Positions 1 to 9,157 of a DNA stretch of 61,549 bases are shown piece after piece. Position numbers and translations under genes: made by a program. Below the pieces are notes generated by a model. It searched no databases, had not been told where the DNA came from, and worked only from the letters and a program-made list of their open reading frames with translations. Positions within the stretch are counted from its first letter, which is position 1; every line of letters starts with the position of its first letter. The DNA is from Actinomycetota bacterium (GTDB taxonomy: Bacteria > Actinomycetota > Actinomycetes > S36-B12 > UBA5976), in assembly GCA_041192345.1 (NCBI GenBank), contig JBEEND010000004.1, positions 1-61,549 on the forward strand, in the 5' to 3' direction.

Positions 1-1283
<1,283 letters not shown>

Positions 1284-1286
1284 ATT

Positions 1287-2048
1287 GTGAAAATTTATTC
1301 CACGCCAAATCAGTTCGGCGATCCAATTGGATTACCACTTGGCGAGGTTGTTCGACCAGGCTTACCCGATGAAGCAGTAAAGCTCTCTGGTCAATATTGC
1401 TATCTAGAAGCACTTGATGCTGACAAGCATGCAGCTGAACTTTATGCTGCCTATTCCTTGGACACTGATGGGCGACTTTGGACATACATGCCACAGGGAC
1501 CATTTAGTAGCGAAGCGGAATATCGCATTTGGGTTGAAGGGGCACACCACAAAACAGATCCATTTTTTTACGCAATCATTGATAGCGAGTCAAATAAAGC
1601 AGTGGGTGTTGCTTCGTACTTGCGCGTTGATCCAAATTCCAGTTCGATCGAAGTTGGTTGGATCACCTACTCACCGTTGATTCAACAAAAGCCAATCGCT
1701 ACTGAATCTATGTATTTGATGATGAAGAACGCATTTGATCTTGGTTACCGTCGCTATGAGTGGAAATGCAATTCCTTGAACCTGCCTTCAATCAATGCTG
1801 CTATGCGTTTGGGTATGTCATTTGAAGGACTGTTTCGCCAAATGTCTATTGTGAAGGGCCAGAATCGCGACACAGCATGGTTTGCAATTCTGGACCGAGA
1901 CTGGCCAGTTGCCCAGGATGCATTCATGGCATGGCTGGACCCAGAGAACTTTGATGAAAACGGACAGCAAGCTTTACGGCTATCGGAGCTGACTGCGCCA
2001 ATAGTTGAGTCCCGTTGGCCAAACCTGAACTTGGATGTCCAGCGCTAG
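1287..2048 (+). CDS. GNAT-family N-acetyltransferase (RimJ/RimL-like)
   Basis: 253-aa ORF with a GTG start 3 nt after the purA stop. Acetyltransferase core resembles RimJ-type GNATs (YRRYEWKCNSLNLPSINAAMRLGMSFEG). Confidence 0.7.
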   Translation: MKIYSTPNQFGDPIGLPLGEVVRPGLPDEAVKLSGQYCYLEALDADKHAAELYAAYSLDTDGRLWTYMPQGPFSSEAEYRIWVEGAHHKTDPFFYAIIDSESNKAVGVASYLRVDPNSSSIEVGWITYSPLIQQKPIATESMYLMMKNAFDLGYRRYEWKCNSLNLPSINAAMRLGMSFEGLFRQMSIVKGQNRDTAWFAILDRDWPVAQDAFMAWLDPENFDENGQQALRLSELTAPIVESRWPNLNLDVQR

Positions 2049-2132
2049 GTGGATTAACCAATAAAGTTCGCCAGGTCTATGCCACAGGCGTAACATTGGC
2101 TAGACCACTTGGTAATAGGAGTTGTTATACCC

Positions 2133-3476
2133 ATGGAAGCTAACACTATTCGCGGCAAAGAAGTTTACGATCTAGACCGCAATCACGTTTTTCACTCTTG
2201 GAGCGCGCAAGGCGCCCTAAATCCAATGCTGATTCAGGGTGGTGAAGGTTCATACGTTTGGGATTATGACGGCAACCGGTTCTTAGATTTTTCAAGTCAA
2301 CTTGTGAACGTAAACATTGGTCACCAGCATCCAAAAGTTGTGAAGGCAATTCAAGAGCAAGCTGGCAAGATGACAACAATTGCGCCACAACATGCAAATG
2401 ATATGCGCGGCGAAGCTGCTAAGCGCATTGCAGATCTTGCACCTGATCACATGAACAAAGTTTTCTTCACCAATGGTGGCGCGGATGCTGTTGAAAATGC
2501 GATCCGTATGGCCCGCATCCACACTCGCAAACATAAAGTACTTTCGTTTTACCGGTCCTACCATGGCAACACCGGCTCAGCAATCAATGCAACTGGTGAC
2601 CCACGTCGCTGGCCAAATGAATTCTCCGCTGGTCACGTTCACTTCTTCGGGCCACATCTTTACCGCACAAGTTTCTGGTCACAAACGCCTGAGCAAGAGA
2701 CCGAGCGTGCACTGGCTCACCTGGCAGAGGTTATTAAGTATGAAGGCCCCAACACCATTGGTTCCATAATCATCGAAACTGTTGTCGGTACTGCCGGAGT
2801 ACTAGTTCCACCACCGGGTTATCTCGAAGGTGTACGCAAACTTTGTGATGACAACAACATCATGTTGATTCTGGATGAAGTTATGGCTGGCTTTGGTAGA
2901 ACTGGTGAATGGTTCGCTTTTGATGCCTTTGACGTGAAGCCAGATCTGTTTGTATTTGCCAAGGGATCTAACAGTGGTTACGTCCCAGTTGGCGGCGTAG
3001 TTATCAGTGATGACATCGCAGCAACATTTGACGCTCAAGTTTTCCCAGGTGGACTTACTTATTCGGGACACCCACTTGCTGCAGCCTCAATCGTGGCAAC
3101 TATCGATGTCATGAAAGAAGAAAAGATAGTCGAGAATGCAAAGCACATTGGTGAAACGATTCTTGGCCCAGGTCTAAAAGAATTAGCTGATCGCCACAAG
3201 ATCATTGGCGAGGCCCGCGGCAAGGGAGTCTTCTGGGCTCTTGACTTAGTTACTGATCGCGACACTAAAGAAATGGTGGCTCCATACGGTGGAACTTCAC
3301 CCGTTATGGCAGAACTTGTTGCCTCATGTAAGAAGAATGGTTTGATGCCATTTACTAATTACAACCGACTACACGTAGTGCCACCATGCAACGTCAGTGA
3401 AACCGAAGCTAAAGAGGGCTTAGCCATCTTGGATGAAGTTTTTGCTGGTCTTGGAAAGTTTTACACTGGAAAGTAA
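2133..3476 (+). CDS. class-III (omega) PLP aminotransferase
   Basis: ORF 2109..3476. An AGGAG sits about 9 nt upstream of ATG 2133. LDEVMAGFGRTGEWFA motif and overall length are typical of omega-aminotransferases. Confidence 0.9.
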   Translation: MEANTIRGKEVYDLDRNHVFHSWSAQGALNPMLIQGGEGSYVWDYDGNRFLDFSSQLVNVNIGHQHPKVVKAIQEQAGKMTTIAPQHANDMRGEAAKRIADLAPDHMNKVFFTNGGADAVENAIRMARIHTRKHKVLSFYRSYHGNTGSAINATGDPRRWPNEFSAGHVHFFGPHLYRTSFWSQTPEQETERALAHLAEVIKYEGPNTIGSIIIETVVGTAGVLVPPPGYLEGVRKLCDDNNIMLILDEVMAGFGRTGEWFAFDAFDVKPDLFVFAKGSNSGYVPVGGVVISDDIAATFDAQVFPGGLTYSGHPLAAASIVATIDVMKEEKIVENAKHIGETILGPGLKELADRHKIIGEARGKGVFWALDLVTDRDTKEMVAPYGGTSPVMAELVASCKKNGLMPFTNYNRLHVVPPCNVSETEAKEGLAILDEVFAGLGKFYTGK

Positions 3477-3489
3477 GTTTTAAGAAAAG

Positions 3490-3535
3490 AAATCCCAAGC
3501 CTGAATGAGAATTCAAGCTTGGGATTTTCTTTCAT
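3490..3535 (+). terminator. rho-independent terminator after the aminotransferase gene
   Basis: Stem aaatcccaagc/gcttgggattt with inner tgaat/attca pairs, followed by TTTTCTTTC. Confidence 0.7.
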
Positions 3536-4846
3536 ATGGCCATTAGCAATAGGCTTGGGAAAGTGTTAATCCTGGTTATTGGTCAAGGTGCAAGAGAGCA
3601 CGCCATAACACAACATCTGCTGCGGGATCCGGATGTACAAGTAATTTGCGCTCCAGGAAATCCCGGAATTGCAAAAATTTCCAAAATTTCCGCGATAGAC
3701 GTTGCTGACACGAATTCCATTGTCGCCTTAGCAAAAAAATGCAATCCCGACTTAGTTGTTATTGGTCCAGAAGCGCCTCTAGTTGCTGGCGTTGTTGACG
3801 AGTTAACTAATGCGGGATTTTTAGTCTTTGGTCCAAGTAAATCTGCTGCGCAACTTGAAGGCAGTAAAGCATTTGCGAAAGAGATCATGAATGCCGCAGG
3901 GGTTCCAACTGCAAAGAGTTTTTACTGCGCCACAGAATTTGAAGTGGAGTCCGCATTGCAAGAATTCAGCGCACCTTATGTCGTTAAGGATGACGGTTTA
4001 GCCGCAGGCAAAGGTGTAGTAGTTACCGATGACTTTGCTGTGGCAGTTTCGCACGCTATGGCATGTATCGATAGTCGCCATGGTGGAGCTGTCGTTATCG
4101 AAGAATTCCTGGATGGCCCCGAAGTAAGCCTGTTTGGCGTAAGTGATGGCAAAGTCGTCGTTCCGCTGACTCCAGCCCAAGACTTCAAACGTGTTGGCGA
4201 CAATGATGCTGGCTCAAACACTGGTGGCATGGGCGCTTACTCACCACTTCCATGGGCACCAAAAGATTTCGTTGCTGATGTAACCAAAACTGTTTTGCAG
4301 CCGATGATTGCTGAGATGAATCGTCGGGGTACGCCATTTGTTGGATTGCTGTTTGCTGGTCTTGCCGTAACAAGTCGGGGAGTTCGAGTTATTGAATTCA
4401 ACGCTCGATTTGGTGACCCTGAGACGCAAGTTGTGCTTGCTCGCCTTAACTCTTCACTGCGTGAATTGCTGTTGGCAGCAGCTACCGGAGAGCTATCTAG
4501 CCTGGCGAAACTCGATTGGAAGCCAGAATCAGCAGTCACTGTTGTAATGGCTGCCAAAGGTTATCCAGAATCACCAGTTTCGGGCGCTGTCATATCTGGA
4601 ATTGAGGTGGCAGAAAACCTAGGTCTGTCGGTATTTCATGCGGGTACGAAACTTAATGAACACGGTGATATCGCTGTAAGTGGTGGCCGAGTTTTGAGCG
4701 TTACCGCCACAGGCAAAGACTTAATCGATGCTCGTAGCCAGGCATACGCCGGAGTTGAGAGAATTAGATTCGACGGCGAACATCACCGCTCGGACATTGC
4801 GCTAAAGGCAGCGCATGGTGAGATCAGATTGGGAGTCGAAAATTGA
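3536..4846 (+). CDS. purD: phosphoribosylamine-glycine ligase
   Basis: ATP-grasp PurD with VLILVIGQGAREHAI and FNARFGDPETQ. GTG 3563 is an alternative start and gives the canonical MKVLVIG-type N-terminus. Confidence 0.93.
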   Translation: MAISNRLGKVLILVIGQGAREHAITQHLLRDPDVQVICAPGNPGIAKISKISAIDVADTNSIVALAKKCNPDLVVIGPEAPLVAGVVDELTNAGFLVFGPSKSAAQLEGSKAFAKEIMNAAGVPTAKSFYCATEFEVESALQEFSAPYVVKDDGLAAGKGVVVTDDFAVAVSHAMACIDSRHGGAVVIEEFLDGPEVSLFGVSDGKVVVPLTPAQDFKRVGDNDAGSNTGGMGAYSPLPWAPKDFVADVTKTVLQPMIAEMNRRGTPFVGLLFAGLAVTSRGVRVIEFNARFGDPETQVVLARLNSSLRELLLAAATGELSSLAKLDWKPESAVTVVMAAKGYPESPVSGAVISGIEVAENLGLSVFHAGTKLNEHGDIAVSGGRVLSVTATGKDLIDARSQAYAGVERIRFDGEHHRSDIALKAAHGEIRLGVEN

Positions 4847-6276
4847 GTAAGCCAAACATCCCGAATGTACTAGCTGATCGCTATGCCTCGACATCGATGG
4901 CGCAGATCTGGTCGCCCACCAACAAAATCGTTTTAGAACGAAGGCTTTGGATCGTGGTGCTACGTGCGCAAAAGGATCTCGGTATTGAAGTTCCGCCGGG
5001 CGCTATTGAGGCTTACGAAAAGGTTATTGACAATGTTGATTTAGCAAGCATCGCGCAGCGCGAGAAAATTTCTCGCCATGATGTGAAAGCCCGGATTGAA
5101 GAGTTCTGCGCCCTAGCTGGTCACGAACAAATTCATAAAGGCATGACAAGCCGTGATTTAACAGAGAACGTCGAACAGCTTCAGGTATTAGCCAGCTTGC
5201 AGCTGATTCGTATCAAGGCAGTTGCAACTGCTGGAGTACTTGCAGAATTAGCAGTTCGGTATACAGCTGTGGCGCTTACTGGTCGCAGTCATAACGTTGC
5301 TGCGCAAACCACAACTCTGGGAAAGAGATTCGCTTCGGCTGCTGATGAATTGCTAGTAGCAATTGCTCGACTTGATGATCTGATTAAGCGATACCCATCG
5401 CGTGGCATTAAGGGACCAGTTGGAACTGCGCAGGACATGCTTGATTTGTTAGACGGTGACGCCGTGAAATTAACTGATCTGGAATCCCGAATCGCGTCTC
5501 ACTTAGGGTTTACAAATACTTTCACCAGCGTAGGCCAGGTTTACCCGCGCTCAGTTGATTACGACACTGTCACTGCATTAGTTCAATTAGCAGCCAGTCC
5601 AAGTTCTTTTGCCACCACGATTCGATTAATGGCTGGACTAGAGCTTGTCACTGAAGGATTCAAAGAGGGGCAAGTTGGATCTAGTGCAATGCCACACAAA
5701 ATGAATACTCGTTCCTGTGAACGCATTAATGGTTTCGCAGTGATTCTGCGCGGGTATGCATCGATGGCTGGCGAACTTGCTGGCAATCAATGGAATGAAG
5801 GTGATGTTTCTTGTTCAGTAGTTCGCCGGGTTGCGTTGCCAGATTCTTTTTATGCCATTGATGGTCTGTTCGAAACTTTCTTAACTGTGTTGGAAGATTT
5901 TGGCGCATTCCCAGCAGTTATAGAAAGAGAGCTGGCTCGCTATTTGCCATTCTTGGCAACGACCAAAATTTTGATGGCGGCAGTTCGAAGTGGAATAGGC
6001 CGCGAAACTGCGCACGAAGTTATCAAGGAGCATGCTGTAGCAGTTGCTCTTGAGATGCGTGGAGTAAATGGTGGCGATGGCAGTGCGGTCTTAGATCGTT
6101 TAGCTAATGATTCCCGTCTTGGACTTACCCGCAGTGAACTCGAAGCTTTGCTTTCCCAGCCACTTGAATTTACTGGTGCGGCCCAAGGGCAAGTTGCGGG
6201 CGTTGCGGCAAAAGTTTCCACTCTTCTTGCTGCTACCCCAGGTGCTGCAACTTATCGACCGGAGCCAATCCTTTGA
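4843..6276 (+). CDS. purB: adenylosuccinate lyase
   Basis: 477 aa with the fumarate-lyase signature GSSAMPHKMNTRSCE. The TTG start overlaps the purD stop (TTGA). Confidence 0.93.
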   Translation: MSKPNIPNVLADRYASTSMAQIWSPTNKIVLERRLWIVVLRAQKDLGIEVPPGAIEAYEKVIDNVDLASIAQREKISRHDVKARIEEFCALAGHEQIHKGMTSRDLTENVEQLQVLASLQLIRIKAVATAGVLAELAVRYTAVALTGRSHNVAAQTTTLGKRFASAADELLVAIARLDDLIKRYPSRGIKGPVGTAQDMLDLLDGDAVKLTDLESRIASHLGFTNTFTSVGQVYPRSVDYDTVTALVQLAASPSSFATTIRLMAGLELVTEGFKEGQVGSSAMPHKMNTRSCERINGFAVILRGYASMAGELAGNQWNEGDVSCSVVRRVALPDSFYAIDGLFETFLTVLEDFGAFPAVIERELARYLPFLATTKILMAAVRSGIGRETAHEVIKEHAVAVALEMRGVNGGDGSAVLDRLANDSRLGLTRSELEALLSQPLEFTGAAQGQVAGVAAKVSTLLAATPGAATYRPEPIL

Positions 6277-7169
6277 CCGTTACACCAGTTGACTATGGCT
6301 TAGATGCCCAGTTCAAACATGTCTACTCAGGTAAAGTTCGTGATCTTTATGAAGCCATAGATGGACGCTTGCTGTTTGTCGCTAGCGATCGAATTTCAGC
6401 ATACGACTGGGTCTTGCCTTCGTTAATTCCTGACAAGGGTCGCATCCTGACGGCAATGTCGATGTGGTGGTTTGATCGCTTGCAAGGCATTCTCCCAAAT
6501 CACGTCCTGTCGAACAATGTTCCAGATCAAGTTCGGGGTCGAGCAACTTATTGTGAAAAATTGGAAATGTTACCTATCGAATGCGTCGCACGAGGCTATC
6601 TTGCCGGGTCAGGTTATTCCGATTACCTGCGCGAGCAATCAATTTGTGGCAACGGTTTACCACCGGGTCTCAAAGAAGGTGCCAAACTACCTAAACCGTT
6701 ATTTACTCCGGCCACCAAAGCCGCCATCGGCGATCATGATCAGAATGTGACTTTTGATGAAGTGATTACTTCCATTGGCATGGAAGAGGCACAACAACTA
6801 AAGAGATTCACGCTCTGGGTTTATGAAGTAGCAGCCGAGATAGCACTTGGCCGTGGACTCATTCTGGCTGATACAAAATTTGAATTTGGTCTAGGCATCG
6901 TTGGCCCAAATAAAAATCAAATTGTTTTAGCAGATGAAGTTTTAACACCAGATTCATCCAGGTACTGGCCAGCAGATCAATGGCAGCCCGGGCGTCCTCA
7001 GCCCTCTTACGACAAGCAATACGTGCGCGATTGGTTGACATTGCCTGCATCTGGTTGGGATAAAAATTCAGGGGAAGCGCCACCGGTACTTCCTGATGAA
7101 GTTATTGAAAAAACACGTGAGCGGTACATCGGAGCTTACGAACAACTAACTGGCCAAAAATTCAGTTAG
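6273..7169 (+). CDS. purC: SAICAR synthetase
   Basis: 298 aa with YSGKVRDLYE and LILADTKFEFG motifs. The TTG start overlaps the purB stop (TTGA). Confidence 0.93.
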   Translation: MTVTPVDYGLDAQFKHVYSGKVRDLYEAIDGRLLFVASDRISAYDWVLPSLIPDKGRILTAMSMWWFDRLQGILPNHVLSNNVPDQVRGRATYCEKLEMLPIECVARGYLAGSGYSDYLREQSICGNGLPPGLKEGAKLPKPLFTPATKAAIGDHDQNVTFDEVITSIGMEEAQQLKRFTLWVYEVAAEIALGRGLILADTKFEFGLGIVGPNKNQIVLADEVLTPDSSRYWPADQWQPGRPQPSYDKQYVRDWLTLPASGWDKNSGEAPPVLPDEVIEKTRERYIGAYEQLTGQKFS

Positions 7170-7175
7170 TAGGCA

Positions 7176-7205
7176 AACCCGCAATGCAACATCACATTGC
7201 GGGTT
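7176..7205. terminator. 11-bp stem-loop between purC and the tRNA-like gene (possibly bidirectional)
   Basis: Stem aacccgcaatg / cattgcgggtt with loop caacatca. The T-tract is weak on both strands. Confidence 0.5.
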
Positions 7206-7218
7206 CACCGAGTTTGGG

Positions 7219-7291
7219 AACCCCTGGCGGGAATCGAACCCGCATCTCCAATTGAGTCAAAAGTGGGCTCTGTCCATTGAGCTACAGAGGT
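7219..7291 (-). tRNA. tRNA-like gene with a non-canonical anticodon arm (best fit anticodon GAC, Val; possibly a pseudo-tRNA)
   Basis: Folded by hand on the minus strand. Acceptor ACCTCTG/CAGGGGT, D arm GCTC-AATGGACA-GAGC, T arm GCGGG-TTCGATT-CCCGC. The anticodon arm CACTT-TTGACTC-AATTG has a C:T mismatch, and U occupies position 37. The first pair is A1:U72. Confidence 0.55.
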
Positions 7292-7385
7292 ACCCCAAAT
7301 CAATAGTCGATTCGTAAGTTGACTAATTGAATACGGCAATGACTTCTGTGGAAAAATAAATCATGTGAATCAGATGTAGTTGCTA

Positions 7386-7414
7386 TTGACAAGAATCCTT
7401 CAGGGTGTGAAAAT
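7386..7414 (+). promoter_or_regulatory. candidate sigma70-type promoter (TTGACA-17 nt-GAAAAT, with TGT upstream of the -10)
   Basis: ttgaca at 7386-7391, a 17-nt spacer and gaaaat at 7409-7414. No protein gene lies downstream before the terminator. Confidence 0.25.
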
Positions 7415-7420
7415 TAGGTA

Positions 7421-7502
7421 TTGAGTCAAGAGTGGATATCGGGTAACCGATGCTCTAACCGAAAAAGACCCGCGAAACATCTCGCGGGTCTTTTCCTTTT
7501 TT
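7421..7502 (+). ncRNA. candidate ~80-nt small RNA (unvalidated)
   Basis: Lies between the candidate promoter and a strong terminator. It contains hairpin atcgg-gtaa-ccgat plus the terminator hairpin. There is no ORF. Confidence 0.25.
7462..7502. terminator. bidirectional intrinsic terminator
   Basis: Stem gacccgcga / tcgcgggtc with loop aacatc. Flanked by AAAAA upstream and TTTTCCTTTTTT downstream. It sits 4 nt from the stop of the minus-strand TPP gene. Confidence 0.8.
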
Positions 7503-7506
7503 AAGT

Positions 7507-9138
7507 TTATTTTTCGTTCCAACGTGGGCTTGTGCTCTTAGGTGGATACAAAGTCTCACGAATCAAAATGATTCCTGGCTGCTTTAGTTCGAGTGCATCG
7601 CCCAAATCCTCGATTGTGGTTTCGGTGAACGACAATCCAAACGCCTGCGCGAGAACAGCCCAATCAGGAGAAACTAAATCAACACCGCGCTCGGGGTGAC
7701 CCATAACTTGCTGGTCATAGCGCAACATGCCATAGCCACCGTCATCAACAATTAACAAGGTGTAAGGCAGGTTTTCTTGCACGATAGTTGCAAGTTCACC
7801 GAGTGCAAAAGCGACTCCGCCATCACCACATACGGCAAGTGTGCGAGTACCAATTGCTGCTGGTCCTATAGCCGCAGGTAAGCCAAAGCCAAGTGTTCCC
7901 CAACCGACTGGATAAACAATTCGGCGCGGACGAGGTTGTTGCGCATAAACTCCAGTCCAGTAGCCGCAAACCGACATGTCGCAAACGATTGCAGCATCGG
8001 CAGGCCAGTGATTTTCAATCGCTTCAACTAGGGCAATCCCACGTTTGGATTTTTCGCCAACGCGAAGTCGCTCACGGACGGCGGTGTTAACTTCGCCAAC
8101 GCCAGCCCAGGAAACTCTCGCAGTTGTGCCAGCAACCAATGCGGATGCGACACCGTTTAAGTTGCTATTCAAAACTACTGCGGTTGGATCAACATTGCGC
8201 ATTGTTTTTGTTGGATCTACATCAACTAGCACAATTGTTTTTGGCCACGCAATAGCCCAGTTTTTAGTATTCATGCCATCAAGTTGGCTACCAAAAACGA
8301 CAAGTGCGTCAGCTTGCGCCAAGACTGCTTCAATTTCTGGTTCATGAATTGGCGCAGTTAATGTTAAAGCCGATGACGCTGCGATGCCACGGCCTGAAAA
8401 TGAAGTCAGAATCGGTGCGTTCCAATGCGTGGCAAGGGCAGAAATGGAATCAGAAGCATCAACTGCGCCGCCACCAGCCCAAATTACGATCTTGTTCGCA
8501 TTTACTAGCGCAGCTTGGGCGGCTGAGATTTCTACTTCAATAACTTCTTGGCCAAGTTCTAGTTTTGGCTTAGTGCCAGTGAATTGCTGCGCCAAGATGT
8601 CGGCAGGAATGCCAAGGTAACCAGCGCCAACTGGCGCGCGCAATAAATCGCGAATCATTTCGGCAGCTACATCAACGGCCGTAACTCCATCGGTCACACT
8701 AATTGCCATTGAGATGCCAGCTAGTTTTTTTGCCAACGGCGCAAACATCGCAGCTTGGTCATCCATTTCGTGTAGCAACCCGCGAGCGCCATCTTTTGAG
8801 CGCTTTCCAATTGGCGCTTCGGAAGAAATTACAAACACTGGCGAACCGCTAATGGCAGCTTCGCCAAATGCGCCCAAGGTATTTGCCGCGCCAGGTCCTG
8901 TCGTTGTTAACGCCACACCAAGCGATCCAGTGGTTCGAGCCACACCATCGGCGGCATACGCAGTGGTTTGTTCGTGCCTAACTCCAATGATTTCGGGGCG
9001 TTGTGGCCCCAATGCATCCCAGAACGCCAGGTTATGTACGCCAGGAATACCAAATGTGGTGCGAACTCCTGCTTCCCAGAGTAAATCCAGGATTACCCCG
9101 GCTACAGTTTGGTGATTTGTACTGGCATTGTTAGACAT
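7507..9138 (-). CDS. thiamine-pyrophosphate enzyme (IlvB/AruI/Xsc-like 2-oxo-acid decarboxylase/carboligase family)
   Basis: ORF 7507..9276. The internal ATG 9138 gives the homologous N-terminus (VAGVILDLLWEAGVRTTFGIPGVHN). TPP motif GDGGVAFALGELAT...VDDGGYG is present. Confidence 0.85.
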   Translation of the reverse strand: MSNNASTNHQTVAGVILDLLWEAGVRTTFGIPGVHNLAFWDALGPQRPEIIGVRHEQTTAYAADGVARTTGSLGVALTTTGPGAANTLGAFGEAAISGSPVFVISSEAPIGKRSKDGARGLLHEMDDQAAMFAPLAKKLAGISMAISVTDGVTAVDVAAEMIRDLLRAPVGAGYLGIPADILAQQFTGTKPKLELGQEVIEVEISAAQAALVNANKIVIWAGGGAVDASDSISALATHWNAPILTSFSGRGIAASSALTLTAPIHEPEIEAVLAQADALVVFGSQLDGMNTKNWAIAWPKTIVLVDVDPTKTMRNVDPTAVVLNSNLNGVASALVAGTTARVSWAGVGEVNTAVRERLRVGEKSKRGIALVEAIENHWPADAAIVCDMSVCGYWTGVYAQQPRPRRIVYPVGWGTLGFGLPAAIGPAAIGTRTLAVCGDGGVAFALGELATIVQENLPYTLLIVDDGGYGMLRYDQQVMGHPERGVDLVSPDWAVLAQAFGLSFTETTIEDLGDALELKQPGIILIRETLYPPKSTSPRWNEK

Positions 9139-9157
9139 GTTAGTTACTTTATCGTCA

